The notes below the pieces were generated by a model. The model worked only from the letters and a program-made list of their open reading frames with translations, was not told where the DNA came from and ran no database searches. DNA of 60,141 bases, counting the filler, from Basidiobolus meristosporus CBS 931.73 (lineage: Eukaryota; Fungi; Basidiobolomycota), in NCBI GenBank assembly GCA_002104905.1. It is 3 parts of 3 records of this genome, joined end to end, with 100 filler letters (N's around TTAATTAATTAA, not from the genome) between each part and the next. Parts side by side here need not be neighbours in the genome. Positions count along the whole stretch, not along the records: positions 45,813 to 60,141 come from MCFE01001180.1; 2 more parts are not named here. The stretch is one strand, 5' to 3'. Shown here one piece after another: positions 59,672 through 60,141 of this stretch. The first letter of the stretch is position 1. Every line of letters begins with the position of its first letter. The position numbers and the translations under genes are program-made.

Positions 59672-60141
59672 ATGACTACTACAATCAAACTAAAAACATA
59701 CAAGGGAAAGAGAGAGAAAGCCCTTGAGTGGTTTGATAAGTTTGAGAGAGTTGCGGTTGATGCAGGATGGGACAATGATAAGAAAGTAAGAGAGTTTGCA
59801 AGACATATGGAAGGGTCAGCATGGTGATGGCATTATGGGTTGGAAGACGCAGTCAAAGACGACTGGGATGCACTAGAAGAAGCCTACAAGACACGCTTTC
59901 TATATGCCAAAGGATACCACTACAAAGCCCTTCTACTGTCCTTGCAGAAGAAAAGCAGTGAAAGCTATGAAGCCTACACTGAACTGTTTCTCCAACAAGT
60001 TCGATGTCTCCCGAAGGACAAAATTGCCAAACAACAGCTCATGAGGTATTACATCATGGGCTTAGATGACAAAATAAGACGTAGGGCATCCAAAGTACAA
60101 CAGGGATGTAAAACGTTGCAAGAGTTGGTCGAACAAGTACA
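59672..60141 (+). pseudogene. gag: Ty3/gypsy gag capsid (runs off the window; one TGA)
   Basis: MTTTIKLKTYKGKREKALEWFDKFERVAVDAGW..MEGSAW*WH..WDALEEAYKTRF..ESYEAY..YYIMGL is a retrotransposon gag pattern. Confidence 0.75.

Overview
This window is a eukaryotic, probably fungal, nested transposon graveyard. I found no host gene, rRNA, tRNA or CRISPR array. The fungal call is an inference: the copia primer-binding sites match the yeast-type tRNA-iMet anticodon arm. The window holds five kinds of element. (1) A near-intact Ty3/gypsy chromovirus at 38206-44123, with 529-bp LTRs, a CTAGG target-site duplication (TSD), a Tf1-type self-priming site, a GGGAAAC+hairpin -1 frameshift signal and one stop codon in pol. 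(2) A PIF/Harbinger-superfamily (PHIS) DNA transposon family with AGACTTGTTCC termini, 3-bp ANT TSDs and two divergent ORFs. One young copy (47985-51426) is accompanied by five older or partial copies. (3) A CMC/EnSpm-like (Transposase_21-type) family with CCCTATGAAAAAT termini and a divergent accessory gene of unknown function, present only as decayed copies. (4) Many decayed Ty1/copia pieces from two families. (5) Three further decayed gypsy lineages. Old copies have lost almost all CpG, and the surviving CpGs are strongly biased to CCG/CGG. Two 100-bp N spacers carry TTAATTAATTAA linkers, so adjacency across them is not assured. All homology calls were made by eye from motifs and from within-window comparisons; no database search was run.
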